NCBI GenBank assembly: GCA_028023455.1
Contig: JAQFVV010000005.1
Location: forward strand, 6,758,001-6,822,000
Origin: Epiperipatus broadwayi
Taxonomy: Eukaryota; Animalia; Onychophora
Direction: 5' to 3'
Length of the DNA stretch: 64,000 nucleotides
Both the position numbers and the translations under genes were made by a program. Positions 24,926 through 38,889 of the stretch are shown piece after piece. The notes beneath the pieces are model-generated. The model searched no databases. It saw nothing but the letters and a program-made list of their open reading frames with translations, and was not told where the DNA came from. Positions within the stretch are counted from its first letter, which is position 1. The number at the start of each line of letters is the position of its first letter.

Positions 24926-25802
24926 CAAAATGAAAAGAGGTAATTCATTTCGTTTATGTAAAAATATTTATATTTTTTTAGTAGACGCCATCTGTGATCA
25001 TAAATAACAAGTGATAACCCTTTAACTTGTTTTTTATTTTTCATAAATGATACCTTTAAAGTTTTCTTGCAATGTATATTATTGCAGAGACTGTTATGTG
25101 GTGAAACTGAACGGATCAGACTATATAGATATCTAGCTGCTGAGCTAGTTGTACCAGTCTGGAATTCCGCGCTTACAGGCTGATATAAACGTTTTTGCAT
25201 AAGGCGGCAAGTCAGTCTTTAGACCGGTTTCTATAAGTATCTCCCATGAACCGAGCTTGAGAAATCCTGATCAGGATAACAAAATAAGAGAAGAAGTGTG
25301 GGCTTTCACTACATTTATATAAAGTAATTTTACACTGACTGAGTTTGAGGAGAAAAATCTTATTGATCATAAAATAACGAAAGTAATTAGCAGATTCCGT
25401 GATAATATTTTTATTTTCATAAAACTTTAAGTTTTCTTGCAATCTTATATTGCAGTGAACTGATATGTGTGAAACAGGTTATATAGATATCTACAACTTG
25501 CTAGGCTGGACTGAAACTGCGATCTGAAATTCAGCTTGCAAACTGATATAGTAATACATAAGCGTTGAATTCAGTCTTGAATTTCGTTTCTTGACTATCC
25601 CTCCCGCTGGCAGCTAAGCCCCAGCTTGAAAATCAACGTCTGGTGAAATTGGAAATGGAAGAAATTGTTCTTCTGACTCACTTTTTAGTTATCATAAAAA
25701 ATCTTACCTTCATTCAAATGATTTTTAATCAAAAGACATCATGATCTTAATGTTAAGTGACATAAGTTGCGTGACTCACTTGTTTTTGCAATATATATAT
25801 AT

Positions 25803-28793
25803 ATGGCCGCAGAAAGGAGTTTGCTATTAACTGAAAGAAGACCCTTTGATTCCTCTTGGAGGTCTTAAAGGAACCGAGCAGGGCAAATTCCTAATGTCCA
25901 CTCCACACGTTCTTGTCGTTGCAGCTGTTATTATTATGTGATTATTCATATAGTATATGAACATGGGTGGGCTGCTCACCAACATGCATTAGCCAGTGTC
26001 GCGAGTTTATTGGCTTTTTACCTCTGAGTTTAAGATCAAGAAACACCATGGTCTTTCTTCTCAGTTGCCTGATAAGGCAGAATGAATGTTTGTCTAAATA
26101 ATATTTTTCCAGTACATATATACAATTATGACAGACAAAAATAAATCATGGCTCTTATTCCCAGGAGGCTGTAAAGTCACCAACCAAGGCAGCAGTTGAG
26201 GGCCGAAGGGGAAGTGCTAAAAATCCCCTGATTGCAAACCCAGGCTGCCATTTGTTGATGACTTTATTTAGATACTGCAGATCACTTTCACATGAAGGAA
26301 GATTGCAAGAACTAGAAGAACTGTCTTATATTAAATGGAATACTATTGGACTTTGTGAAGAGCCAATTAATTTAAAAAGTGGTCATGTACTCTATTATAA
26401 AGGCACAAATATTGGAAATGCAAGTGGAATAGGATTCATTATAAATAAAAAGTGGAAGAACAACATTGTGGAGGTTGATGGTGTATTGGACAGAGTGGAA
26501 AAATTAGTTATACAACTTAATAGCAGATATCAAATGCAGATAATTCAGGTTTATGCCTCAATAAGTTCTCATATTGATGAATTAGTAGATTTTTATATGG
26601 ATGTATAAAAGGCTTTTGATCAGAGTAAACAACATTTTTAAATTGTTATGGGAGATTTTAATGCTAGAATTGGTAAACAAATGAAAGTGCTGTAGGTAAT
26701 TTGGGTTATGATAATAGAAATGAGAGAGGACATAGACTTGTGGAGTTTGCAGAAAAAGAAAAACTTTATATTAGGAATTCTTTTTTTGAAAAAAAATGTT
26801 AAAAGGAAATGGACATGGAAGCATCCAAATGAAGGTACAGCAGAATTGGATTATGTTTTGACTAACAGAAAATACATATTTCAAGATTGTAATGTTCTAA
26901 AAAAATTTAACACAGGAAATGATCATTGATTAGTAAGATGTAAGATACATGTTAATGCAAAACTAGAGAGACAAAAATTATTAAGAAAAACAATATTTAC
27001 AGTTGATATTCCTAATCTTCAGAAACATTCTAATGAATTTAAATTAAAACTTACAAATCGGTTTCAAGTATTAGTACATTTTGAACATGATTCAGATTTG
27101 AATAAAATTAATATAAAAATAACTGATACACTTTTAAAAACTGCAACAAAGATATCTGGAAGAAAAAAGCAGCAATTGACCAATACAATTTCTACTGAGA
27201 CTAGAGAATTTATGAAGAAAAGAAGGAATATGAAGATATACAAAAATGATGCATTTAAAAGAATTGAATATCTCGAATTTTGTAAAATGGTACGGAAAAG
27301 AGTTGAAAATTATATAAGAAAGTATAACTGTGAACTAGCATGGAAAACTGTAGAAGAAAATATAAGTCTCAAGAATGTAAAACAACATTTTGGCATTGGT
27401 AGGAAATTTATATCTGCAATAAGAAGAAAAGATGGAATTATTACTTCATGAAATGGGTAGAAGACTTTTATCAAGAATTATATAGTAATAAACAACAAGC
27501 ACCTCCTATATCTATCACATCTTCTGACTTGCCCAGAATTTTAAATAAAGAAGTGAGACATGCAATTAAATGTATGAAGAAAGGAAAAGTTCCAGGTAAT
27601 GATGGAATTATAATTGATGTATTAAAAGAAGCAGGTGAAGAAATACAAAAATTTTTTCCAAAGTTTTATACCAAATGTCTAAATGATAAAGATGTACCAG
27701 ATGATTGTAAGAATGCAGTAATAATATTAATATTTAAAAAAGTGATAAAGAAGATATTAGAAATTACAGACCAATCAGCCCTTTATCAGTTTTATACAAA
27801 ATTTTAACAAGATAATTACATCTCATGTACAGAGAACATTGGATTTCCACCAACCAAGAGAATAAGCTGGATTTATAAGTGGTTTTAGTACAGTAGATCA
27901 TATCCAGGTATTGGGAGAAGTTATAGAAAGGACAAATGAATATGAGTTGCCATTATGTTTTGGATTTGTAGATTATGAAAAGGCATTTGATTCTATAAAC
28001 ATTTCATCAGTGATTAAAGCATTGGATCATCAAGGTATAGATCCAGGATATTGTCATATTTTAAAGAATATTTATAAAAATGCAACAGAAACAATTAGAT
28101 TATATAATGATACTGGGAAAATCAACATTGAGAAGGGTGTAAGAGAAAGTGACTCCATCCTCCAAAACTTTTTACAGCAGTGCTACAAGAAGTATTTCGT
28201 GGATTAAATGGGAAACTAAAGGAGTGAAAGTAAATGTAAATTACTTAAGTCATTTAGATTTTGCAGATGATGTAATTGTTTTTGCAAATAATGCTTCAGA
28301 AGTGCAGGAAATGTTGCAGGAGTTATTAGAGGAAAGTAGGATTAAAGATAAATGTTAAAAAGGCTAAAGTAATATTTAATTGATGATGAATTAGAAGACG
28401 TTAACAGCTACAAATACCTTGGACAGATTACTAATACAGATGGAAAACATAATGGATGAAATTAATCATAGAATTAAACTTGGTTGGAGTGCTTTTGGTA
28501 AAAATAACTTCATACTAAAAGGAAATATGTCTATGTGTTTGGAAAGGAAGGTTTTTAACAAATGTGTTTTGCCAGTTCTTACTTATGGATTTGAGACTTG
28601 GACACTTAATAGAAGAGCAATACAAAGACTTCAGACCACTCAAAGAAGTATGGAAAGATGCATGTTGGGAGTAACAAGAAGGGATTGAAAACGCAATGTA
28701 TGGGTAAGAGAACAAGTGTTACTGACCTCATTGAAAAAATTAAAAGACTGAAGTGGAGTTGGGCTGGACATATTGTTAGAAGAGATGATAATA
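25803..28793 (+). mobile_element. Near full-length degenerate RTE-clade LINE (leader + APE + RT)
   Basis: IGLCE, IIQVYA, GDFNARIG, WTW, LDYVLT and DH endonuclease motifs; PGNDGI, FVDYEKAFDS, FADD RT motifs; many stops and frameshifts; 3' end truncated; starts in a (TA)n run. Confidence 0.9.
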
Positions 28794-31700
28794 AATTTTT
28801 ATCATTTATATATTTTTTTATTATTTCACCTACTTCTTTTAAGATTTAAAATTATAATTCCATCATTTTTTAAAGCTTTATCTTTTTCATTGACCTAATT
28901 GCATGTTTCACTTCTTTGTTTGAAATGCTATGGAATTTCAGAATGTGTATGGGATGCTTTATTTTTGTGTTTTTTTTTATTGCAATTTAATCCATTGTAG
29001 GAATCTTTCTAATATTTCATGATGTCATTTTTATTTTTCATAATACTGCCATATCTTCTATATTTTTCAGAAATAGCTTTTGCAAAAAATAGTTCCCAAT
29101 ACAAATACATTTTCCCTTTTGGGATGTTTATTATTGTCTTTAGATTTCCTTGCAAATTCACAATTATATTTTCTTAATATCATTATTGTCTTTTTTTCCA
29201 TATTATTTTACAAAAGTAGATATTAAATTCTTCTTAATGGATCATTTAAAAAAAACTTTCATATTTTTTTCTCCATTTATCGTCTTGTCTCAGGATAATT
29301 CATTAATAAATTGCTGTGTTTTTTGTATTAGCTAATATGTTTAGAATTCTTAATAGTTTTTTATTATTTTCATATGGGTTTCATTCAACTGTGAACAATT
29401 TTTAAAATCTGTTAAAACTTGTAAATGATTTGTAAGTGGTAATTTAAATGCATTAAAGGATTTCTTAGAAATATGTATATAAACTAATAATACTGTCGTT
29501 CTAAAAAAATTTCATCTCTATAAATTGCATTAACATGTATCTTACATCACTAATCAATGAATTTTTCCTATGTTGAATCTATTGAGAAAATTACAATCCA
29601 AAAGTATGTAATAACTCAAAATATAATTCAATTCCCTTATAATGTCAATTGGATGCTTCCATATTGAAACAGTAAGGTCTGCTTTGCAGATCTTCGTTTC
29701 ACCTTTTCTCAGCTATTTCCTACCTCATACCTTAGTTTGAACCCCAATCTATCGTAGTGTGTCTGCTTATATACCGAAAATCCCGCCTAATTTTAAACCA
29801 CGAGTACAATGCTCGTATTATATATATAAGTCATTCCCAAATAAATAAAAGATTATAGATTATGTATATGTTCACATAATTTTGATTTATTAAAAAGTAG
29901 GTTATATAAGTCGTAATTGCGCACACACTATGATATGCATTTTAAACATATCAAAATTATAAATTGTTAAAGTTATTTTGTTTGAATCTATTTACAAATA
30001 TATTACTGTCGTAATATCTTTTGATTTAAAATAAAATTCATTTAGTAAATAGATTCAAATATTGCAATTTAAAAAGTAAAATCATTTTCTTTAATTTAAT
30101 AAAAGTTATTCCAAATATTTCTGTTAAAATAAATGATGGACAATAGTTTAATTAGTTAATATTATATAAGTTTATCTAAAAACAGCAGATGTCCACTTAA
30201 GGTTTTCTTTAATTAGTAAAAGTAATTTTTAACTAAATCTAGTTTGTAATTCGAATGTCGACAGGGAAATTAACAAAAGAAATTAATTAATGTTGAATTC
30301 CTTTAGACATTCGGATAGATTTAATTACAGCTGATAAGTCCGATATATTTTTGTAATGCTCCAGGGCAGTTCTATTGTTAAAGTCTACTATAAAAAGAAG
30401 GGTTTTCTTTTGTTCTCCAGTTTTTTTTTGCTAATGTTTCTAAGAGAAATCATTCTGAGTTCTATTCTAATAATTTGCTAACCTTGACATGACAGAATAG
30501 AGGCGTTAAGATGGCTATGTCCCCTCGGAATAGCCGGCCGCTGCTCCAGACCATCGGAAGCCATCACATAGGGAACCCCGGAACTGCTGCTGCCAAAAAT
30601 ATGAACATTTCCAGATTTTGCTGTTAAATTATATAAAAACCTGCCGACCATCAATCTGCCTAAAAATGCTTCTCCAGAGGTAACCCTAAATTAACCCAAG
30701 AGCTCTTGTGATAACTAACATGCTATAGCTATTTAAAATTGTTTTCCTTATATTTCACATAACTTCATTATGTATTTCTTTAACGTGTTAATATAATATA
30801 ATCAACAGTTTTGCTCTATCCTTGGGTTAATATTTTCTATTTATAAAGCTTTCTTTTATTTTATTATGATAATGTGTCAGAATCGTCTTTGACCGAGTGA
30901 ACTATTCCCTTTATTGAAAGTAAGACGCCGCTATTAAGGCATATTTTAAATTTATAATTTTCCAATTTTATTATCTTGCAAATCACTCGTTCGAGAGCGA
31001 TTCTATTCTTTAATATATAATATAATCACATAGTTTAAAATCTACATGTTATTGATTTTAATCTAATATGAGAGTATGTGCGAGGTCAATGATTAAATGT
31101 GTCCCCTAATGCATGATTGCGTATATAAATCTATACTTACTTTTCAAACCCGCAAGCATGCATTTTCTTATTTTAATTACCGTGTTCTACTTTAATTATA
31201 AAGTTCATCATTGACGTCGAGAATTTGCGGACCCTTTTAAATGAATTTCGGGGAATTTGATTGGGCATTTCTCTTAATCCGAGTAAAACCCATTCAGTAT
31301 GTTTTTATATACACTAGTCTCGTATTGCTGGTAAATGAATTGGTTGTTGAGACCGCTTTGTTTTATTTTTCCAAGGATTCTTTACACGGCAAAGTCCGTT
31401 CTTTTCGTATATTGCAAGTTTCCAGGCAGAGTGTGTTCCAAATGACTCATCTGGGAATTAAACGCAATCGTCACACAGTAGCTATGTTTCGGCTGTTCAT
31501 AAAATACTTTCCTACGGGTTAGCGGCGAGATGCCCTCCGTAATTATTCCGGATCTTCAATATTGTTTTATTTTATATTTATTTTACAAAGCATCCGTGAC
31601 TTAAACGTGTCACACCCTCCAACTTTAATAAATTCATTATCAGCAATACTGACCTCCCAATGCAACTTTATTATTATTATTCTCAAATAAATGCTTTGAT

Positions 31701-32970
31701 CACATTCCCACTTTGTTGCTTAGTAAGCTTTTGTCCGTGCTATTCTCAAAATCAATAAATATTTTATAACACTTAATTTCAAATATTTTCTTAAACTTGT
31801 AGAATTGCTCAAAGCACCTCGCACATGTTCCTATCTCGTCGAGCCCATTATCGTAATGCTATTAGCCCGAGGAATAGAATATATCACTTTGTTTTAAAAT
31901 CTTTTTGTCATTTTTTGAAATATAATGCCCACAATTATTTAATACGCGTCCCTGTCTCATATAAGCAGACAGTGGCGTTATATTTATAATATATATAAAT
32001 AAATTTTGTGAAATTATTTAAAACTAAATTTGATCTTTTATTTTATTTGATTCCTATCACTGTCTCGGTCTATATATATATTTTCTGAATTTCTTTTGTA
32101 AATCCATAGACGTTAATTAGCCACCCAAGCTTCTTTTAGTATAGAGTCTTTTGTTTCTTCCTGACCACCAGGCACCGGTCAAAGGTTATACTAGTAATAG
32201 CATCAGATGCGTTATCATGTAGATGGCGCTGTGAAATTTGGACTTTAGATTCGAACTTAGTATATCTAGAAGGCAACCCCTCCTAGAATGTTCAGTTTCA
32301 TGTCTGGGGTTTGAATTCTGCAGTGTGTTAGCGAGATAGACGATTCTGACTGTTACAATATCCCATTTCATTTTGTATTATTTCTCAAAGAAAGAATCCA
32401 TCACAAGTCTTTATCCTCTTTCATTTCAATCACCATAACCTAATTTCTCCTCAACACATTTGTTTTTCACTCATTTATCAATTTTGACACTAAAGTCTCT
32501 ATTGATAATTTTAAAATGTTTAGCCTGATCAAATGCACTCTGTTTATTGATATAAGTATTCTCTACTTCTTCACCAGAACAAAAACTTTCCCGGCATAAA
32601 TCTGTATATTTCATTAATTTGAATAACTAATCTTACTATTCTGTCTCACATTTTATCAGTCTTCAGAAATGTTACTCCACCCTATTTTTTATTATTTCTA
32701 ATCCATCCCACCACACTTATGTTTCCGATATTTGTACATTTGTCGTAAAATACACATTCATTTTTAAAATCATTTCTTCATCTTTTCTTCAAACTGTAGG
32801 AAGTTCAACAATATCCCATTTAATATCAGAAGTTTTCCTTCCAATTCATGCATTCTTCCTTTATTTGAAAGTGATATGCAATTATGGAATCTAAGTGAAA
32901 AGTTGTCCAAAAATGTCAACTTGAGCCTGCTATCAGAATATTCTTACCATTACCACTTTTATGCTTAGCA

Positions 32971-34040
32971 GCAGAGGCAGATTAAGTGGTAGGCGGACTA
33001 AGCGGCTGCATAGGGTCTGGAATATTAAGGGGCTCCCGACGTCTTAAAATGACTTTTCATTAGGATTGGAAGGAAATTGTTTTTTTGTATACAATCAACT
33101 TTTTTAAGCTTATGAAGGGAATTTATTTAAGTTTTGGCGGGATTTTAACTTTTAACTGAACATCAGGGGGTGAAACTAGTATAGCATAAATAGGCCCAAA
33201 TTAAGGATATATATATTTAATTACACAAAAAATTCGACGTCTCCCAAAATAATAATTTGATTTAAATTTTAATACACTGCTTTTGAAAAAAATATCGTAA
33301 ATAAATTTTGCTGTTTTCCTGAAGCTGATTAATCTCCAGAGGGTTTTTTTGAAATTATATTTTGATTGGAGACAGGTAAAAATGAATTTTCTTTGTTAAC
33401 ATCTTAACAACATTATCATTAAAAAATATAGTTTTTTTAGTAGGCATTGTTTGCGAGACTAAAAGCTTTTAAACGATTTTATAAAAAAAGTCGGACGTGA
33501 ATTTACAATAAGAGAAAATTTCATAGTCAATTCTTTTTGTCATATGTGATAACACCAAGGCAGAACTATTTCGAAGAACTCAGACGTATGAAGTTAGTGT
33601 AGAGCCTTTTCGAATATTTTTTGATTGGAATTTATCAATAGAATAAAAAAAAAAACGCGACAATAAAGTTTAAGGATATTTATAATAATGACATTGATGT
33701 TTGTAATTTTGAAGATGAATTTGACTATTTTCTAATATTTCTAAAAGAAAAAAGAGGACACCATAAAAACTACCTAGATATCTTTCGAACCGCCAAAGAA
33801 ATATCTTGCACATTTCCGAGTGTTTAAATATTATTGAATTTTTTTTAAAAACAATTCCTTTATCTAATGCGTCAGGAGAAAGATTTCTGTTTTAAAAGGT
33901 GCAAAAAATTATTTAAGGAGTACTATGGGAGAAGAGAGATTAAATAATATGGCCATTCTATATATAGAGAAGGAAATTTTAAGCCGAACAGACACTACAA
34001 AAATAATTGATGATTTTGCAAGAAATAAAGCAAGACATGT
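32971..34040 (+). mobile_element. hAT transposon remnant
   Basis: 33851-34035 reads TIPLSNASGER...KNYLRSTMGEERLNNMAILYIEKEIL...IIDDFARNKAR (hAT C-terminal dimerisation region); hAT-like terminus cagaggcagattaag at ~32971; boundaries approximate. Confidence 0.7.
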
Positions 34041-36547
34041 TTTTCAATAAATTCATTTAATGTGTTATGGTATGAAATTTTTGATTACTTTTCTTTTTTG
34101 TTAATAACTTAATGAGAGTTTTCTTAAATTTTTTTTTCTAACTTAGGGTGGGGAATGGAAGGTAAAATGGCTAACAGGTTTTTTGGGGCATAGTTGCTGA
34201 GAGATTCCTGACTCCGTTTAAGAAGTCACGGTGCACCACATCACTGCTTAGTAGAAAATCGCAACCTAGGCTGGTGATTTTAAAGTCCAGGGAATAAGGG
34301 TTGCCATTTAGTTTTGTCTATTATGATTGTAATATCTATTTTAATAAGTTCATTCACACACACACTCATCCTACTTTCTAGCAACTCCATTCACATCTTG
34401 CCTATAAAATTATCAGGCAAAGAAAAGAAAAACCAGTGTTTCTTGATCTTAAATTCAAAATTAAAAAGCCAATAAATTCATAAAGCTGGATAATGTACAT
34501 TGGTGAGTAACCCATCCATATTTGATTACTATATGAATATTCATAAGTAATAGCAGATGCAACGACAAGAACGTATGAAGTGGACATTGCTATTCTCGGT
34601 TCATTAAATTTCAAAAAATAACCAACAGTTCCCCTTTGAATCGCATCAAGCTTTTTTGTGTCGCCTATATTATCTACGAATTATGTATTATATTTTTCGC
34701 AATTAACAGTTATAACCAGTTCAATTATTTACATTTTGTATACTTTTCAGATTTACGTTATACCCACTTGAATAATTCTTATAAATTTAGACGCGAGAGG
34801 GCAGGACATATCCAAAAACAAATTTGGATACGTTTAAAAACGTAAATTTCTTAATTAAACAGCCGGAAGTAAGTGATTTTTCTAGTTGAGGTAGTATTTT
34901 ATTAACCCTATTGCTATTTTGCTAGTGATGAAGTTTCATTGATCTTTTATAAATGTTTTGAATAAATCTGTGTGAACTTTTATTAATAGATGTACAGTAT
35001 ATCTTAACAAGATTTCGGACCTTGCTTTTATATAGTCCTTAAATTAAATTTATAAAATGAATAATTGAAATGAATTATTTTTTACAAAAAACTAAATTAG
35101 TTTTTAATATTGAAAAATCGATACTTTTTGCATCATTATTTTTTATTCATTAGAATTTCCCATTAAATATGAATTTTTTACCTAAACTTTTAAGCTGCCA
35201 ACGTAATTTGAAATTCTGAAAATAATGAATTTTCATTGGCTATTTATTTGATTATTAGATAATAATACATAATTAAAAAAAAGCTGTGATTTTTAGTTTA
35301 TTATTTTTTAAGATTAAATATATCGAATATATTTATATCTAGTGAGATGCATTGTAATAAAACTTTTAAATTAGTATAATTGACTAACACTATCATTGTG
35401 TCAAGTGTGCTTGGTTACTTTTGGCAAGATTAACAATGTTTGGTTCAAGATTAGTGAGTTTCAGACTTAAATCTCCACTGAATTCTATATTTCTTTGTTT
35501 TGTTAAGATGGAATTAAAGCAGCTAAAATCCACTTCAACTCTAAGCTAGGTTTGAAATGCAAATAAGAATGAAAGTACCACTTTAGAAAGTTTGAGATAT
35601 TTTTGTACATTTATATTCATCCTAAAGTAACTTAGGGTCACATTTTTAGTTTTAATATCACCTGACAATTCAATAAATTCATTTGTAAGATATATTCAAT
35701 GTTTTCAATTTCTGTTGAAAATAATGCTATAACCCAATCTGTAATGTGCATATTTTCTAAATCCTCTTAAGTGAAATTTAAAATCATTGCTCAATTTTTG
35801 GAATATGCATTATGTATATTTCCAAATTTTCACTTTTTTATTTTCAATTGTAGAGTCAAAAAGTACTAAAAATCTCTTCATAATAATGAAGATTTAAACA
35901 AGCCTAATTTAACTTTGAAGCCTGAAAGAATTGTCTGAGCTTGAATAATTGTGATAATCTTACATTGCAGATTGGACAGGTTATCAATTTTACAAATAAG
36001 TCCACCAATTAGAAAATGTTTTATTTCCCTTTAGTTCATCACTCAAAAACCAATTAACATCTATAAGAAAGTACAGTTTAGCCAAACAAGACTTCATAAA
36101 CTTGTATCTCTAGACAACCATCTTACTTAAGTATGCAAGGATAATTGGTTTGATAATTTTATCTCTTTTTTGACAAATTTTGGTCAACAATTGTGATTTA
36201 AGAAGTTGATCTCTAATTTAACTAATGGATTTAATACATACCTTTAGAGTATCATGCAATTCTTTGCTGAGACTTTTTGCTACCAGATGGGTTTTTAAAG
36301 AATAGTAGTGAAACTTCAGTAATGGCTTGCCATTGCTGGTGCCCATCTGTTGCTACTGCTATTATATTGGTATATAATATATTTAAGCCAATAAACATCA
36401 CATGATCAATATTTCTTATGCTTGCTCTTAACTGTTATTAAAACAGGCAAAACTCTATATGTATTGCCAGTCAGTGCAAGCCAGAGTAATCAATGGATGC
36501 CAGAAGGCTTGTGCATAAATCACCATTTAGTGCCTACTCATCCAGTA

Positions 36548-36589
36548 TCCCCAGACCAGTTTATGGTTTGTAGCCTTCATCAGTGAGGA
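36548..36589 (-). ncRNA. Hammerhead motif with GAAA>TAAA mutation
   Basis: TCCTCA CTGATGA AGGCTACAAACCA TAAA CTGG TC TGGGGA. Confidence 0.5.
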
Positions 36590-37000
36590 GCCTTGGATCT
36601 GAAAACATTGCAACTAGATCTTAGGATTTAATGCAACCCTCCAGCAGCCACCTTTTATCTCTATTTAACTAAAAAACTATGAGACTTAAATTGAAAACAC
36701 TACAATATTTTCAATTTAAGCTCATCCGCTTATATAATCATATAAGTCTGAACTCAGTTCAGTACCCATACATTTTGGTGTCTTTGGTTCTTTAATAACT
36801 ATAACCACCACTATTCATTAGCCAGGATTGGTTTTAAGTCAATAAACATCACATGATCACTATTTCTTATGTTTGCTCTTAATTGTTTTTTAAACAGGCA
36901 AAACTCTCTATATGTATTGCCACTCAGTACAAGCCAGAGTAATCAATGGATGCCAGAAGGCTTATGCATAAATCACCATCTAGTGCCTACTCATCCAGTA

Positions 37001-37042
37001 TCCCCAGACCCGTTTCTGGCTTGTGGCCTTCATCAGTGAGGA
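37001..37042 (-). ncRNA. Hammerhead motif, core intact
   Basis: TCCTCA CTGATGA A-GGC-CACAA-GCC-A GAAA CGGG TC TGGGGA. Confidence 0.7.
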
Positions 37043-37964
37043 GTCTTGGATCTGAGAGCACTGCAGCTAGATCTTAGGATCTAATGCAACTCTCCAGCAG
37101 CCACGTTTTATCTCTACTAAACTACAAAACTAGGAGACAAATTGAACACACTATATAATATTTTCAATTCAAGCTCATCAGCTTATAATTTATACTCTGG
37201 CTTGCCATGAATGGCAATATGTATAGAGTCTTGCCTGTTCTAATAACAGTTAAGAGCAAGCATAAGAAATAGTGATCATGAGATGTTTATTGGCTTAAAA
37301 CCAATCCTGACTTATAGGATAGTAGTGTCTATGGTTATTAAAGAACCAAAGACACCAAAATATATGGATATTGAACTGAGTTCAGACCTGTATGATTATA
37401 TAAGCTATGCTGATTGTTCTCACATTCGAAGGTCAGCTCTCCGCACTTGAAGTCACTGTGCAAGGGAAGACATCCTGCTCCACTATATATGTTTACACAG
37501 ATCAGACTTCAAGGATTAAGTGTCTCTCTTCTTTTTCCGATTAGTATTGAAGTCAGTTCATTGTTTCTGAATCCCTGCAAATGATTCTTTAGTCCTCTGC
37601 CCATCCGATCAAGTGATTCTTCCTTTTCATATTTCATCGGAATTGTAGTACCATCTTTCTGCCTTTTTAATTAATCAATTATTAGTAGATTGTCATTATA
37701 TCTAAAAAAAGGAATCTAAATCGAATTACTTAATTTGTTTCATTTGATTAACAACTTATTCTATTCTTATTAATTGGTCTATTGGTCATTTTAAAAATTA
37801 ATCTTTTTCTGATCTAAAGACTATAATTTTTAATTTCTACTTTAAAAGAATAAATCTTTTTAAGTTCTGTAATATTTTTAACTTATTAAATTTTTTTGTC
37901 TATAATTTTTTACAATTATATATATATCTATATATGTATGTGCATTTAAACATACACATACATA

Positions 37965-38465
37965 TCAAGAGCAAACTTACTATGTATGAGTTCTGATGCT
38001 ACAATTTTTTTCTGAATCTTCAATCATTTTATCAATACACCTTTGCATAGTATTCACACTCAATGATAAGCATTTTAAAACAGGACCGGTCTTTTTTTAT
38101 TATAGTTTCAATTACTTCATTAATTTTGGGAATAACAATGTCCTCTGCAATTGTATATGATTTTTCCTTTTTTGTTGTATTAATTAAGAGAAATATTATA
38201 CGAGACTGTTAATCCTTGCTCAATGCTTTCATAAATTATTTTATATTTAGATGATGTGTGTATTTCTCTTTCAGTTTTTAAAATAAGCCCAGATCTTCAT
38301 TCTTATCAGAATAGATTTTTTGGAGATGATGTTTCATTTTTTCTAGATTCCTTGCGTTGTTACTAAAAGTTTTTCATAGAGAAGATACATAGGCGTTGTT
38401 TCATTTGTTAACAAAAGAATAAATCCAAAGTTCAAATATGTCAATGAATATTGTTTGCATTCCTT
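37965..38465 (-). pseudogene. hAT (Buster/Charlie, ZBED5-like) transposase N-terminal remnant
   Basis: Minus-strand KQYSLTYLNFGFI and KSYTIAEDIVIP...EVIETI...VLKCLSLSVNTMQRCIDKMIED, with frameshifts. Confidence 0.7.
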
Positions 38466-38889
38466 TTTAAAATCTGAAGCTGCTATTGTAGATACTGGGC
38501 TATAACAAAATAATTAAAATTGAAGTTGTAAGCAAAAAGCAATGTCACGCTATAATTTATTTTGAAATCCAAAGCTAATCCTTTGTTTTGAGATAACCAA
38601 ATCAAAAATAATTTAATTAAAACATTTCCTAATTTTGTAAATTCTAAAATAATTCAATTAAAACATTTGTAGAAATCTACCAAAAACATTCTGACTCTAA
38701 TAATAAATTTGGCCACAGCAAAATAAAGAATTAAATCCTATATTTCAAAATTTAGAAAGGATTAAAAACTTAGTGTTTTCCTGAAGGTTTGTAATGATGG
38801 TATTCTAGTTGTATTAAAAATATTGGACTATTTCCATCATCTAATATGTGTGTTGAATGTCTTTTAGAAAAATTTAATTTTTATTTTTC

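Larger units (their letters stand above)
23750..25788. repeat. Tandem array of ~415-bp hammerhead-bearing units, inverting at ~24661
   Basis: Unit starts at 23750, 24166 and 24577; reverse-orientation units at ~24661, ~25025 and ~25410, increasingly indel-rich. Confidence 0.85.
36383..37408. mobile_element. ~450-bp hammerhead family: two head-to-tail copies followed by an inverted arm
   Basis: acaggcaaaactc at 36443 and 36894 (period 451 bp); orientation switch at ~37193. Confidence 0.8.

Noticed and set aside
31230-32370. Possible LINE RT/endonuclease relics on the minus strand
   Set aside because: Only vague resemblance (LIPR..IWNTL; LLDILSSN), with many stops.
34790-34880. Possible promoter/first exon (CCGGAAGT then GTAAGT); similar CpG patch at 12867-12990 on the minus strand
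   Set aside because: Short motifs alone cannot be linked to the ZF genes without transcript data.
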